Virus record (IMG/VR): IMGVR_UViG_3300002092_001548
Span: 64,001 to 128,000 of that record
DNA length: 64,000 nt
Strand: one strand, 5' to 3'
DNA from: a virus
Shown here: piece after piece, positions 37,226 to 47,207 of the stretch
How positions within the stretch are numbered: position 1 is the stretch's first letter
Layout: every line of letters starts with the position of its first letter
The notes under the pieces: model-generated
Database searches by the model: none
What the model was told of the DNA's origin: nothing
What the model saw: the letters and a program-made list of their open reading frames with translations, nothing else
Translations under genes and position numbers: made by a program

Positions 37226-39759
37226 ACGAACAATTTTTAAAAGAATTCTCAGAAGTTAAAATCGAACGGGTTAATCTTGTTCGCTTACCAGAAATTTCAC
37301 TAAACGAGGAAGAGAAGCAAAGCGTAACAAAGAAGGTTAAGTCTAATGACGAGTTTCTCCAACAATTAATTAATGATGGCTGGAGGAAGTTTAGAGACAA
37401 GGTTTCAGAAGATAAAAAGCAAGTTTATTTAGACCGCCTAAAGGAAGAATTTGAAATTGTACAGGATCTTGGGTTTGTTGACTATTTCTTATTGGTTTGG
37501 AGGGTTATTAATAAAGCACGAAAACTTGGGGCATTTATTGATTGGGGTCGCGGCAGTGCTGCTGGTAGTTTGATTTTCTTCCTATTGGGCGTAACAGGAG
37601 TAGATCCAATTGATAAGAAGCTATTCTTTACGCGATTCATTTCAAGGGTTCGCGCTAAGAAGGAAGTTATTGATGGAGTTACTTATATTCAAGGAGATCT
37701 TGCTCCCGACGTTGATATTAACTTGGGCGGAGTTCGTGAAGAAATTATTCAATGGTTAAAAGTTTGCTATCCAAATAAGGTTGGTAAGATTGCCGCACTT
37801 TCAACATTTTCCGGAAAGATTCTAGTTAAAGATGTTTATAAAATCATTAATGAGGCAAATGAGGATATGGCTGTTGATCTGGCGGACACAATCGGAAAAA
37901 CTTTCGGCGTAGTTGAGGATATCGAGGACTCTTACAAGAATAGCGAGAAGTTCAAGCAGTGGGCAGATACCTATCCAGAATCTTATGCAATTGCCCTAAA
38001 GTTGCGCGATCTTATTCGTGGAAAGTCAACCCACGCAAGTGGGTACTTTATTTCATATTATCCCCTAAATGAGTTTGTTCCAACCGAATTAAATAAAGAC
38101 GGTGAAATTTCGATTGCCTATGAGATGAATACCGCCGCAAAGTTTGGTATTAAACTTGATCTACTTGGCTTGACAAGTAATGAAATTATCAAAGATGTTT
38201 TTGAGAGGATTTCTGAAAAGCTAGAAGATATTGATTTAGACTCTAATCCAGATGTTTATACCCATCTTCAGAGCGATAATCTAAAACCATACGGCCTGTA
38301 CCAGATTAGCGCAGATTGCGCCTATAGGGTATGTCAAAAAATCAAGCCAGCGAATATTCAAGAATTGAGCGATGTGAATGCTATAGCCCGACCTGGCGCC
38401 TTGGCGTACGAAGATAAATATGTTTGTATGTCTGGCGAACCTCCACATGAGAAGTTAGCACATATCTTCAAAGACAGCCGAAATCTTCCCCTATATCAAG
38501 AGCAGTTGATTCAGTCTCTAGTTGCCGTTGGGTTCACGCCAGATGAGGGCGAATATATCCGAAGAATCGTTGGTAAAAAGAAGAGAGAAGAAATGCCAAA
38601 GTGGAAAGAAAAAGTTTTCGAGACCTGTAATAAAAATGGGTTTGGAGATGCGGTTGCAGAGGCAATTTGGAAGGTCATGATTGATTCCGCAGATTATTCG
38701 TTTAACTTGAGTCATAGTTATTCTGTTGCCTATCTTGGCGCTCTAACTGTTTATTTAAAGTATAAATATCCATTAGAATTCTATACGGCATGTTTAAATG
38801 CAAGCCAGAGACTTCCCGATCCAATGGACGAAATTAGGCGAATCCAACAGGAGCTTCCACATTTTGGAATCAAACTCCTACCGCCGCACTTATTAAAGTC
38901 TGACATGAACTTTAAGACGGATGGAAAGAATATTCGCTATGGACTTAGCGCTGTTAAGGGTATTTCTGATAGCGCTATGGAAAAGCTCGTTAATTTCCGT
39001 GGAGAATATGATAGCAAGATTGATTGTTTAGTTGCGGCAAAACAAGCCGGACTTAACATTGGAGTTCTATCTGCCCTAATCCAAGCTGGCGCATTAGATG
39101 AACTAGGAACAAAGAGAACCCGACTTGTTCTTGAAGCCCAGACTTATAATCTACTAACAGATCGTGAAAAGCGTTTAGTTAAGACCGTCCATGACGACAC
39201 AGAAGAGAAAGATATCCTAAATATTATTAAAATGTTGAACGAGAAGCAGCAGATTAAGGATAGCCGTTTTGATACGATCAAGGGTAAGTACAATACTTAC
39301 AAGGATATTTACCAGTTAAATTCGCGTAACGAAGAGATCACAAACTATTTTTATGAGAAAAATTGCTTAGGATTTAGCTATAGTCAGAACCTAACAACTA
39401 TTTTCAAGAAGAAGAATCCAGATTTTACCACTATCCGTAATATAATGGATCACAAGCAAGAAAATGACAAGGTTATTATGATTGGTCAGATCATTGAAAC
39501 AAAGATTTCAAAGTCAAAGAATAATAATAAATTCTTCAGAGCAGTCGTTTCTGACGATACCGGAACGATAACAACCCTCATGTTTGACGGAAAACAGGGG
39601 CTATTTGAGGAATGTAAGCATGATAATGGTGGAGTTTTCCCAGAAGAGAATGATATCGTAGCAATTAAAGGAAGAAGAAAGGGTACAGATGCTATTTTTG
39701 CAGATAAAATCGTAGTTCAAGATTGTAAGATATATAAGAACATGCGTGATTTAAAATGA
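37222..39759 (+). CDS. dnaE: DNA polymerase III alpha catalytic core lacking the PHP domain
   Basis: DYFLLV, GRGSAAGS, PDVDI, HASG, KLDLLGL, YQEQ, SFNLSH, IRYGLSAVKG and a C-terminal OB fold. Confidence 0.93.
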   Translation: MNEQFLKEFSEVKIERVNLVRLPEISLNEEEKQSVTKKVKSNDEFLQQLINDGWRKFRDKVSEDKKQVYLDRLKEEFEIVQDLGFVDYFLLVWRVINKARKLGAFIDWGRGSAAGSLIFFLLGVTGVDPIDKKLFFTRFISRVRAKKEVIDGVTYIQGDLAPDVDINLGGVREEIIQWLKVCYPNKVGKIAALSTFSGKILVKDVYKIINEANEDMAVDLADTIGKTFGVVEDIEDSYKNSEKFKQWADTYPESYAIALKLRDLIRGKSTHASGYFISYYPLNEFVPTELNKDGEISIAYEMNTAAKFGIKLDLLGLTSNEIIKDVFERISEKLEDIDLDSNPDVYTHLQSDNLKPYGLYQISADCAYRVCQKIKPANIQELSDVNAIARPGALAYEDKYVCMSGEPPHEKLAHIFKDSRNLPLYQEQLIQSLVAVGFTPDEGEYIRRIVGKKKREEMPKWKEKVFETCNKNGFGDAVAEAIWKVMIDSADYSFNLSHSYSVAYLGALTVYLKYKYPLEFYTACLNASQRLPDPMDEIRRIQQELPHFGIKLLPPHLLKSDMNFKTDGKNIRYGLSAVKGISDSAMEKLVNFRGEYDSKIDCLVAAKQAGLNIGVLSALIQAGALDELGTKRTRLVLEAQTYNLLTDREKRLVKTVHDDTEEKDILNIIKMLNEKQQIKDSRFDTIKGKYNTYKDIYQLNSRNEEITNYFYEKNCLGFSYSQNLTTIFKKKNPDFTTIRNIMDHKQENDKVIMIGQIIETKISKSKNNNKFFRAVVSDDTGTITTLMFDGKQGLFEECKHDNGGVFPEENDIVAIKGRRKGTDAIFADKIVVQDCKIYKNMRDLK

Positions 39760-39795
39760 TTTTTTAAACCGCTTGGGGACAAAATGGAATGCGGA

Positions 39796-39802
39796 GTGTA
39801 AT
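39796..39802 (+). promoter_or_regulatory. GTGTAA(T) motif, candidate late promoter (representative copy)
   Basis: The same motif precedes starts at 18142, 61195, 61535 (+) and 45052, 48676, 56639, 59202, 60420 (-). Confidence 0.55.
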
Positions 39803-39825
39803 TAGAGTATAATAACTTTAAATAT

Positions 39826-40608
39826 ATGAATAGCCCACTTAACACCGCAATTCCGAAGGTTGATGCCGAGCTTCCAGCCAATATTGTTCTTCCGCAACCA
39901 AAGGCATCAGAAAGAAGGGGTGACTTCGTAAAACGTTGTTGTGGCGTGGGTAGTAAAATTGGAGAGTATAGTAAATGGGCAGATCCCAATCGCATTATTG
40001 TTGATTGTATGGGCGAATGGAGCAAAGCAAAGCTACACGCCGCCGCAGTTGTTGGAAGCGGAGATAGTGAAGTTATTATTCCAGTTATAAATATGGAACA
40101 GCAAAAAGAGGCTGGTACACCGGTTTCCACAGCCCCAATTGATAATACCGCAGTCTATACAGAAAGAACTCAAAATAATCTCAAATTAAAAGCTTCCCTC
40201 CCAGAAGAAGATGAGAAGAACGAGGCTCCAGATAATGAAGTCACAGAAGCGGCTCCAGATCTTTTCGCAACACTTTTAAATTCCGCAACAACAGCACATA
40301 TTCTGCACTTGCAAACAAATAGTTACGCACAGCACAAAGCCCTAAATACTCTTTATGCCGATCTTCCAGACCTAGCGGATGATTTAATTGAGGCTTACCA
40401 AGGTAAATATGGAGTTGTAAAGGATTACCCAGCACAGTCTGTAACAACACCTTCTGATGCACTGGGTTTCGTTCAAGAACTGAGAGCATATGTAGCCGCA
40501 AATAGATATGTGGCACTCAAACAGTCTGATTCTGAACTACAGAATATCACAGATAATATTGTTGAGCTTCTTGACAGCACTATTTATAAGCTAACTTTTC
40601 TCAAGTAA
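39826..40608 (+). CDS. Modular protein: shared leader domain plus ferritin/Dps-like (DUF5856-like) domain
   Basis: LPQPK..DFVKRC leader; AHILHLQTNSYAQHKAL..LY..DDLIEAYQGKYG..ELQNITDNI..YKLTFLK. Confidence 0.75.
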   Translation: MNSPLNTAIPKVDAELPANIVLPQPKASERRGDFVKRCCGVGSKIGEYSKWADPNRIIVDCMGEWSKAKLHAAAVVGSGDSEVIIPVINMEQQKEAGTPVSTAPIDNTAVYTERTQNNLKLKASLPEEDEKNEAPDNEVTEAAPDLFATLLNSATTAHILHLQTNSYAQHKALNTLYADLPDLADDLIEAYQGKYGVVKDYPAQSVTTPSDALGFVQELRAYVAANRYVALKQSDSELQNITDNIVELLDSTIYKLTFLK

Positions 40609-40616
40609 ATAATAGT

Positions 40617-41702
40617 ATGCCCCTACCAACACCAAAAGGAAAAGAACAGAAAAAAGATTTCGTTTCGCGTTGCATAGCCACGGTAAGTAACGATAAAGCT
40701 TTTAAAGACCAAAAACAGATAATTGCAGTTTGTTATTCTCAATGGGAAGAAGCAAAAGCTTCTGCAGATGTTATCGTTGGCAGCGGAGATCAAGAGACAA
40801 TCCTTAACATTCAAAGTCGCAAAGAAGAAAATGTATTTCCAGCCCCAAAATGGACAGCAGGAGCAAAGGGTCAGCGTTTTGGCGGCAAAAAGAGGAGCGA
40901 CTTAAAAGATAGTGATTTCCTCTATCCAGAAGAGCGTAGTTTTCCAATTGTAACCCCAAAAGATGTACATGATGCTGCTAGAAGTTTTGGTCGCAGTAAA
41001 GGTAAGAATTACGAAGAATTCAAAAAGAAGCTAGTTCGCAAGGCGCGTTCTAAAGGCCCGGCTTTTGTAGCTGAACTTCCAGACACAATCAAGCAGGAGC
41101 ATAATATCAAAGCATCTGAAGGCGAGTCCCTTATTAGCCAGTATGCAGATAAAGCGGCAGAGATGCTGTCTGAATTAGCAGTATGCTCATCAGTTATCCT
41201 AGCTGCGACACAAGATGAGTCTTACCATGCTAAACTAACTGAGCCTTGGGTATTTACAAAGATTACTATTGCAAAGATTAGCTCATGTGCCGCACGTTAC
41301 CATCTTGAATTTGGTGACATCAAGGCAAGTGAAGAAGATATTCGCGAAGAATTCGTGGATATGATTCAAGAATTCGCAAAAGAAATTTACGCAAATGCCG
41401 AAGCATCTTTAGCTTTAATCCAAAATGAAGATAAAAAAGTAGAAGTAGCCAAACCTTGGGTATTCGAAAAGATTGTAGTTGCTAAATCAATGGCATGCAT
41501 AGTTAAGAACCATCTTCTTTATGGTGAAGACCCAGAGGCGACCGAATACCCAGTAGAACAAGATCCTACAAATCCAGAAGTTTCCGTCGCAGATGATGAG
41601 ACAAACATGACTGGTGACACGGGAGAAGATGCGAATGTAAAAAGAGAAAAATATCTACTCCACAATGTTTTCGATAACAAATGGGGCGCAGATACCTATT
41701 AA
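40617..41702 (+). CDS. Modular protein: shared leader domain, DUF6582-like domain and two helical repeats
   Basis: MPLPTPK..DFVSRC; RSDLKDSDFLYPEERSFPI; two PWVFxKI repeats, each preceded by IKASE. Confidence 0.65.
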   Translation: MPLPTPKGKEQKKDFVSRCIATVSNDKAFKDQKQIIAVCYSQWEEAKASADVIVGSGDQETILNIQSRKEENVFPAPKWTAGAKGQRFGGKKRSDLKDSDFLYPEERSFPIVTPKDVHDAARSFGRSKGKNYEEFKKKLVRKARSKGPAFVAELPDTIKQEHNIKASEGESLISQYADKAAEMLSELAVCSSVILAATQDESYHAKLTEPWVFTKITIAKISSCAARYHLEFGDIKASEEDIREEFVDMIQEFAKEIYANAEASLALIQNEDKKVEVAKPWVFEKIVVAKSMACIVKNHLLYGEDPEATEYPVEQDPTNPEVSVADDETNMTGDTGEDANVKREKYLLHNVFDNKWGADTY

Positions 41703-41711
41703 TTATTTAAA

Positions 41712-42371
41712 ATGTTTGAAGTAATTTCATCTGTAGAATATAAAGACCGCTCTCTTCACGATAGGGTAAAAGAAAAGGCAGATAAATTATTTCCTAAAAA
41801 TAGTTATGTAAAAAGCCTCTGGATTCTCCGCGAATATAAAAAGCGCGGGGGTACAGTTAGCTATAAGGGGGAGAAACCCAAAAATGGCACTATCAAAAAA
41901 GAAGTTAAAAGTGAAAGTTATGATGGCAGAAAACAAGAATATCTTTTCAAGGTTCGTTTTGAAAACTATGAACTAGCAAGCGAAAACAAGAAAAAGGTTC
42001 GCCTAAATAAACCATTCAGAACACCGGGCGCCGCAAAGAAATTTGCCGTATATGTTAAGAATGAAAGCGGTAAGATAGTTATTGTTCGATTTGGTGATCC
42101 ACATTTAAGCATTAAAAGAGATAATCCCGCACGAAGAAAAAACTTCAGAGCGAGAATGAGATGCGACAATCCGGGGCCAAAGTGGAAAGCTCGTTACTGG
42201 GCATGTCAGACTTGGAGGGCAGATAAAAGCGTTAAAGAGGTAACTGGAGAAGAAGAGATTAACTGGTTTATGTTACCAACACAAGAGGAACTATTTGGTC
42301 ATGAACTACCTCCTTTCGACATAGAAGAAATTGAAGAAGATATCTGCTTTGATTGTGACGAATCAATTTAA
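41712..42371 (+). CDS. Modular basic protein (DUF5872-like plus DUF6321/DUF5754-like)
   Basis: SLWILREYKKRGG; KVRLNKPFR..KKFAVYV..VRFGDP..RRKNFRARMRC..ARYWAC. Confidence 0.65.
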   Translation: MFEVISSVEYKDRSLHDRVKEKADKLFPKNSYVKSLWILREYKKRGGTVSYKGEKPKNGTIKKEVKSESYDGRKQEYLFKVRFENYELASENKKKVRLNKPFRTPGAAKKFAVYVKNESGKIVIVRFGDPHLSIKRDNPARRKNFRARMRCDNPGPKWKARYWACQTWRADKSVKEVTGEEEINWFMLPTQEELFGHELPPFDIEEIEEDICFDCDESI

Positions 42372-42400
42372 TTGACATATTTATAAAATATTGTTATATT
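42372..42400 (+). promoter_or_regulatory. Sigma-70-type promoter
   Basis: TTGACA-17 nt-TATATT. Confidence 0.75.
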
Positions 42401-42411
42401 AGTAAGTAACG

Positions 42412-42702
42412 ATGAATGTTACTTGGAAAGTTGAGGGCGCAATCGATTGGTTTAAAACAATTGTAGAAGATGTCTCGTGCTCTCCAATGGAGATCGCAAC
42501 TAAAGTTATTGAATCCCTAACCACATCTGAATTATCAGATAATATAGGATTAATCTTAATGGTTACCCATGACCAGATGGAATCTATAGATCAAACCTAT
42601 GTGTGCCATACTCCAACCGTTTTAGCCAATGCTGGATTTTACAAAGAATCAAAATACCTCCAAGATATGATTGACATGATTACCAAAAGTAATATAGAAT
42701 GA
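42412..42702 (+). CDS. Hypothetical protein
   Basis: 96-aa ORF directly after a promoter. Confidence 0.55.
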   Translation: MNVTWKVEGAIDWFKTIVEDVSCSPMEIATKVIESLTTSELSDNIGLILMVTHDQMESIDQTYVCHTPTVLANAGFYKESKYLQDMIDMITKSNIE

Positions 42703-42708
42703 TCATAT

Positions 42709-42957
42709 ATGAAAAACATAATTCTTGCATTATTGCTAATTTGCTCATCAGCAAATGCTAATAAAGTTGCCGTCTGCGAAACACTATTTACAGGAACGGG
42801 AGATTCTCCGGCAGAATCAAACGATAGAGCAAGATTAAATATGTCTTTTGCAAAAGAAAGCGTAGAATTTCTTACTAGCGATACCCATCAAGTTAGTACT
42901 AATTGTTATATAACCATAATTCGTGCACGTTATTTGGCCGATGTTCATAGTTACTAA
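42709..42957 (+). CDS. Small protein with a signal-peptide-like N-terminus
   Basis: MKNIILALLLICSSANA. Confidence 0.55.
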   Translation: MKNIILALLLICSSANANKVAVCETLFTGTGDSPAESNDRARLNMSFAKESVEFLTSDTHQVSTNCYITIIRARYLADVHSY

Positions 42958-42959
42958 AG

Positions 42960-44207
42960 GTGAATAATAGGCTTCCATACGAAGAATACCAAGCAATCAT
43001 GAACTCCCTAGTGGAGCATCATGCAGTATTCTATCAATTTTGGCGTTTAGTAAAACCTCAATACTCTGAAGAAGTTGATACTGCTTGTGTTTTCTTTAAT
43101 AAAGAAGGTAAATGTATTGATTTTTTAATTAACCAAGCTTATTGGAACTCAGTAGATGACATAAGAAAAAAATTCATTATTTGCCATGAATGTATGCATG
43201 TTCTAAATTCGCATGGCAAACGAATTGGAACAAAATTCTCACAATACGGAGACCAAGCAAACATTGCTATGGATATAGTTGTCAATGAAGGGCTCACAAA
43301 ATTCTTTGGGTTCAATCGCGCCAAAATAGATCCAGATGATGAGTATATATGGTTAGATAAAATTTTTAAAGACGACCCATCCGTTGTTGACGATAATAGT
43401 TTTGAGTATTATTTAAATAAATTGATAGAAAATAATATTGGCCCGGCGCCGTCAAAATCACTAATCAATCAACATTCTGGACTTGGAATTCCCGACGAAC
43501 TAGTTCAAGAAATCATTAACCAACTCTCGGATGAGGAAGGAGAGGTACTAAAAAATATTGCCGAACGTTCCGAACAAGGAAAAAAGAAAGATAATGGCCA
43601 AATAGCAGGAAAATCAGGTGGGCAATTAACTAAAAAACTAGATAAAAAACCCGCAGTATTTAAAAGTAAATGGGAAACCATTATTAAAAAATTCGAAAAA
43701 AGCTTTGGTAAAGAAGAAACCAATGAGGCGCATTGGATAAACAAAGATAGGAGGATGTATAATTTAAATTTTGATATGTTCTTACCATCTGATATTGAAC
43801 ACGAGGTAAGAAAAACAGAAAAAGAAAAAATTAAAACTTACTTTTTTATGGATTCAAGTGGATCTTGTCAAGACCTAGCGCAAAGATTTTTTGATGCAGC
43901 TAAAAGTATTAACCCTAATAAATTCGATGTTGAATACTATTGTTTTGATACGGCAGTTTATAAAGTTGACATAGCTAAAAGAAAACTGTTTGGATTTGGC
44001 GGAACTAGCTTTAAATCAGTAAGTGATTTTATTTACAAAAAAAACAAAGTCAAACCGCATGTTTGGATTTTAACGGATGGTCATGGTGATTATCCCGATA
44101 TTCCAGAAAATGAAGAAAAAAAATGGAGCTGGTTTTTAATTCAAGGTGGGAGCAAAAAATTTGTTCCACAAAATAGTAAAATTTATAATTTAGAAAATTT
44201 CGAGTAA
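42960..44207 (+). CDS. DUF2201-like metallopeptidase fused to a VWA domain (MoxR partner)
   Basis: DTACV, HECMH (HExxH), NIAMDIVVN; MIDAS DSSGS, GGTSF, ILTDG. Confidence 0.85.
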   Translation: MNNRLPYEEYQAIMNSLVEHHAVFYQFWRLVKPQYSEEVDTACVFFNKEGKCIDFLINQAYWNSVDDIRKKFIICHECMHVLNSHGKRIGTKFSQYGDQANIAMDIVVNEGLTKFFGFNRAKIDPDDEYIWLDKIFKDDPSVVDDNSFEYYLNKLIENNIGPAPSKSLINQHSGLGIPDELVQEIINQLSDEEGEVLKNIAERSEQGKKKDNGQIAGKSGGQLTKKLDKKPAVFKSKWETIIKKFEKSFGKEETNEAHWINKDRRMYNLNFDMFLPSDIEHEVRKTEKEKIKTYFFMDSSGSCQDLAQRFFDAAKSINPNKFDVEYYCFDTAVYKVDIAKRKLFGFGGTSFKSVSDFIYKKNKVKPHVWILTDGHGDYPDIPENEEKKWSWFLIQGGSKKFVPQNSKIYNLENFE

Positions 44208-45052
44208 CCAGATAAATGTGGATAATATTTATTCCATTCATCTTTTTTAAATTCCCAAATAAACTTTCTTCTCGCATCTATTGCTTGGTATAGACAGTTA
44301 AAACTCCCAATTTTTCTTATTATAAATTTTTTATTCTTATAGTTCTCTATGCCGATACCTTGTTTTTCTTGCTCCGTATAAAAGCAAACTGCAGACTTGA
44401 ATTTATCAAATTTTCTAGAAAGACCAATATTATCCAAGTCTCTATCTTTATAAATAAAGTGTAAAAATTTATATACATTTTTCTTTCCCACTAAATAGAA
44501 GTGACTATTAGCATGCGTATTATCTTTATGAGTTTTTGAATGGAATTCAATATTTAATTTTCCACATAATTCCTCGCAAAATTTCCAGTCCTGATTATAA
44601 TTTGATGTTATATCCACACAATGCGCTCCAGTTTTGGGGTTTGCGCTCAAATACCCATCTCCGTCAAAATAACCTCTCCACCAATAATGCTTTAGATCAT
44701 TAGGAATAATATTTAAAATTTTAACTGGAGAAACTTGTGACTTTATCAAAAAATCATTGTCACATAAAAATTGATATAAGTATTTATTAGAATATCTAAG
44801 ACAAGCATAGGTTCTATTAGTAATTTTATTAGTAGAACAGTAATACTTCCAATCACCAGTTTTACATAGAACGGGAAAAATCTCCTCCGCATCACATATT
44901 TGTATATTTACTTTTATATTATAGTCATATTTTCTTCTATTTTTTTGCACATATCCATCGGCCCATAAAAAACCCAAAACATAAGCCGAAATTGGAGACA
45001 TATTGTCAGTAAAATTTAAAGCAGCTTCTTTTTTTCTTGCTTGTATCGTCAT
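44183..45052 (-). mobile_element. Free-standing double-motif LAGLIDADG homing endonuclease
   Basis: AYVLGFLWADG and WWRGYFDGDG motifs, LSRK; antisense between the VWA and MoxR genes. Confidence 0.85.
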
Positions 45053-45082
45053 AATAGTCTATAGTTATTACACACAATATAT

Positions 45083-46123
45083 ATGATTACCTCTCAAGAA
45101 TTAGAAATTAAGCTTCGAACTTATTTAAAATCTAATAAAAATGTCTTATTAGAAGGAAAACATGGCGTTGGCAAAACAGCACTAATTCAAAAAATTTTTA
45201 ACGAAGAATTTGGAGAAAACAACTGGATATATTTTTCATCTAGTACTCTAGATCCATGGACGGACTTAATTGGCGTCCCAAAAGAATCTAAAATAAATAA
45301 TGAGCCATGCCTAGATTTTATTTTACCAAAACAAATGATAAATACAAATTTAAAAGCCATGTTTTTTGACGAATACAATCGTAGCCATAAAAAAGTTCGT
45401 AACGCCACAATGGAATTAATTCAATTTAAAAGCATTAATGGACGTAAGTTTCCAAATTTAAAAGTAATATGGGCGGCAGTAAACCCAGCCGATGATGAGG
45501 AAGATACGTATGACGTAGACAACCTTGATCCAGCGCAGCTAGACAGGTTCCAAATCTATATAAAAGTGCCATACTCTCCAGACTACGAATACTTTAAATC
45601 AAAATTTGGAGTTAAACATGCAACTTCCGCTATTGAATGGTGGAATGGGCTTCCCAAAGAAGCTAAAAAATTAGTATCGCCCCGCCGTTTAGATTATGCC
45701 CTAGAGCTTTACAAAGAAGGCGGCGACCTATTTGATGTCCTGCCAGATAAAACCAACCCTACAAAGTTACTGGTAACTCTACAAGTGGGAAGTCTAGAGG
45801 CAAAAGTTAAGGAATTATTTGAACAAAAAAATGGAAAAGAAACTAAAAAATTCTTTTTATCTGAAAATAACTTCCAAGGCGCGCTACCAATTATAAAGAA
45901 AAATAAAGAATACGTTCAGTTCTTTTTGCCCCTATTAAATAATGAAAGACTATCCTCAGTCTTTTTTACCGAAACAAAACTTCAAGAATTTATTCTACAA
46001 AACTCCCAATTATTTAAAGAACCCCTAGAAGAGATCTCTAAATTAAAAGCCATTGATCCTCACCTTTTAGGTAATATCAATAATGCACTCAAAAAAATTG
46101 GAACTGTTACTTACTTTCCTTAA
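45083..46123 (+). CDS. MoxR-like AAA+ ATPase
   Basis: LLEGKHGVGKT, DLIGVP, FFDEYNR, WAAVNP, LDPAQLDRF, SPRR. Confidence 0.88.
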   Translation: MITSQELEIKLRTYLKSNKNVLLEGKHGVGKTALIQKIFNEEFGENNWIYFSSSTLDPWTDLIGVPKESKINNEPCLDFILPKQMINTNLKAMFFDEYNRSHKKVRNATMELIQFKSINGRKFPNLKVIWAAVNPADDEEDTYDVDNLDPAQLDRFQIYIKVPYSPDYEYFKSKFGVKHATSAIEWWNGLPKEAKKLVSPRRLDYALELYKEGGDLFDVLPDKTNPTKLLVTLQVGSLEAKVKELFEQKNGKETKKFFLSENNFQGALPIIKKNKEYVQFFLPLLNNERLSSVFFTETKLQEFILQNSQLFKEPLEEISKLKAIDPHLLGNINNALKKIGTVTYFP

Positions 46124-46539
46124 TTTGATACAGTGGGAACAATAGAAGCAGATCCAGTTTTTCTTTCGATATAGATCAGGCGTTGATCTAAATTGTCCAT
46201 TCTTTTGTCTAACCCAGCTTCTGTTTGGTTGATATGTTTTAAATCCTCCGAGAAAATACTCTGATTATTGATAATTGTTTCTAATTTTTGCTGTGTTACT
46301 TCAAACCTTTTTACAGATTCCGCCGCTACGATTTTATCATTTTCAATCTGTCTTTCTACATATATTGCAAATTTATCTTGCGTTACGAAATGTTGACTCA
46401 TCCAGAGTGTTGCATAGCTAAACATCATAAACGCAACTAGCATAATAGCTGGTTTAACATAGGCCTCATACCATTTCATACCAACTTTATGATCTGGAAG
46501 ATTATTTAATGGATTTAATGCCGTTAATGGATCAATCAT
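46120..46539 (-). CDS. Single-TM coiled-coil protein (holin/lysis-accessory-like, tentative)
   Basis: One hydrophobic helix followed by heptad repeats (LDKRMDNLDQRLIYIE). Confidence 0.45.
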   Translation of the reverse strand: MIDPLTALNPLNNLPDHKVGMKWYEAYVKPAIMLVAFMMFSYATLWMSQHFVTQDKFAIYVERQIENDKIVAAESVKRFEVTQQKLETIINNQSIFSEDLKHINQTEAGLDKRMDNLDQRLIYIERKTGSASIVPTVSN

Positions 46540-46673
46540 AGCAAGTATATTTACATTTAATTTTTATTTAGCTACATATAAAATGTCTATAGATCGTCTA
46601 TTTATCAAGATTGTAACACAACTGGCGGTATATTTTAATTGATTATGAGCACAATAAGTCTTATGATTTCTGA

Positions 46674-47207
46674 ATGAGCTACCAAACTAAAGTTAAAGAA
46701 TTTATGCTAACCTTTGGACAAGAATGTCCTCCAAAACCAGTAGTAATTGATAAAAAGAATAGGATTTTAAGGGTCAAGTTGCTTCTAGAAGAGGTTTTAG
46801 AGCTTGCCGAGGCAAGCGGCGTAGAAATTGCAGTTGGTAATGACTGGATTGTAGATACTGATTGTGTCAAAAATGGCGTTATTTCTTTTAAAACAAATAA
46901 TAATAATGTAGACCTAATCGGAGTAGCAGATGCGATTGCAGACATTTCTTACGTTAATTACGGCGCGGCAAATGCCTACGGAATTGACATTGAACCAATC
47001 GAGAACGAGGTTCACGCATCTAACATGACAAAGTTATTTACCACAGAAGAAGTAGATAACCTACCTAGTGGTGAATTTACCTATAATCCAGTTAGCTTAA
47101 CAGGAAAATGTCTTCTAGTTAAGAATAGGGATGGCAAAGTTCAGAAAAGCCCTTCTTACACACCAGCTAACGTCGCCAAGTATATTGAACAACAAATCAA
47201 TGGATAA
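46674..47207 (+). CDS. MazG-like (PRA-PH family) NTP pyrophosphohydrolase
   Basis: VKEFM..FGQ, LRVKLLLEEVLEL, VADAIADISYV, EVHASNMTK, DGKVQKSPSY. Confidence 0.85.
   Translation: MSYQTKVKEFMLTFGQECPPKPVVIDKKNRILRVKLLLEEVLELAEASGVEIAVGNDWIVDTDCVKNGVISFKTNNNNVDLIGVADAIADISYVNYGAANAYGIDIEPIENEVHASNMTKLFTTEEVDNLPSGEFTYNPVSLTGKCLLVKNRDGKVQKSPSYTPANVAKYIEQQING

Noticed and set aside
15066-39759. Inteins or introns in nrdA, recA, dnaB or dnaE
   Set aside because: Lengths are compact and no C/S...HN splice motifs or interruptions are visible
44183-45052. Group I intron carrying the LAGLIDADG ORF
   Set aside because: The ORF is antisense, both flanking genes look complete, and there is no non-coding space for an intron core
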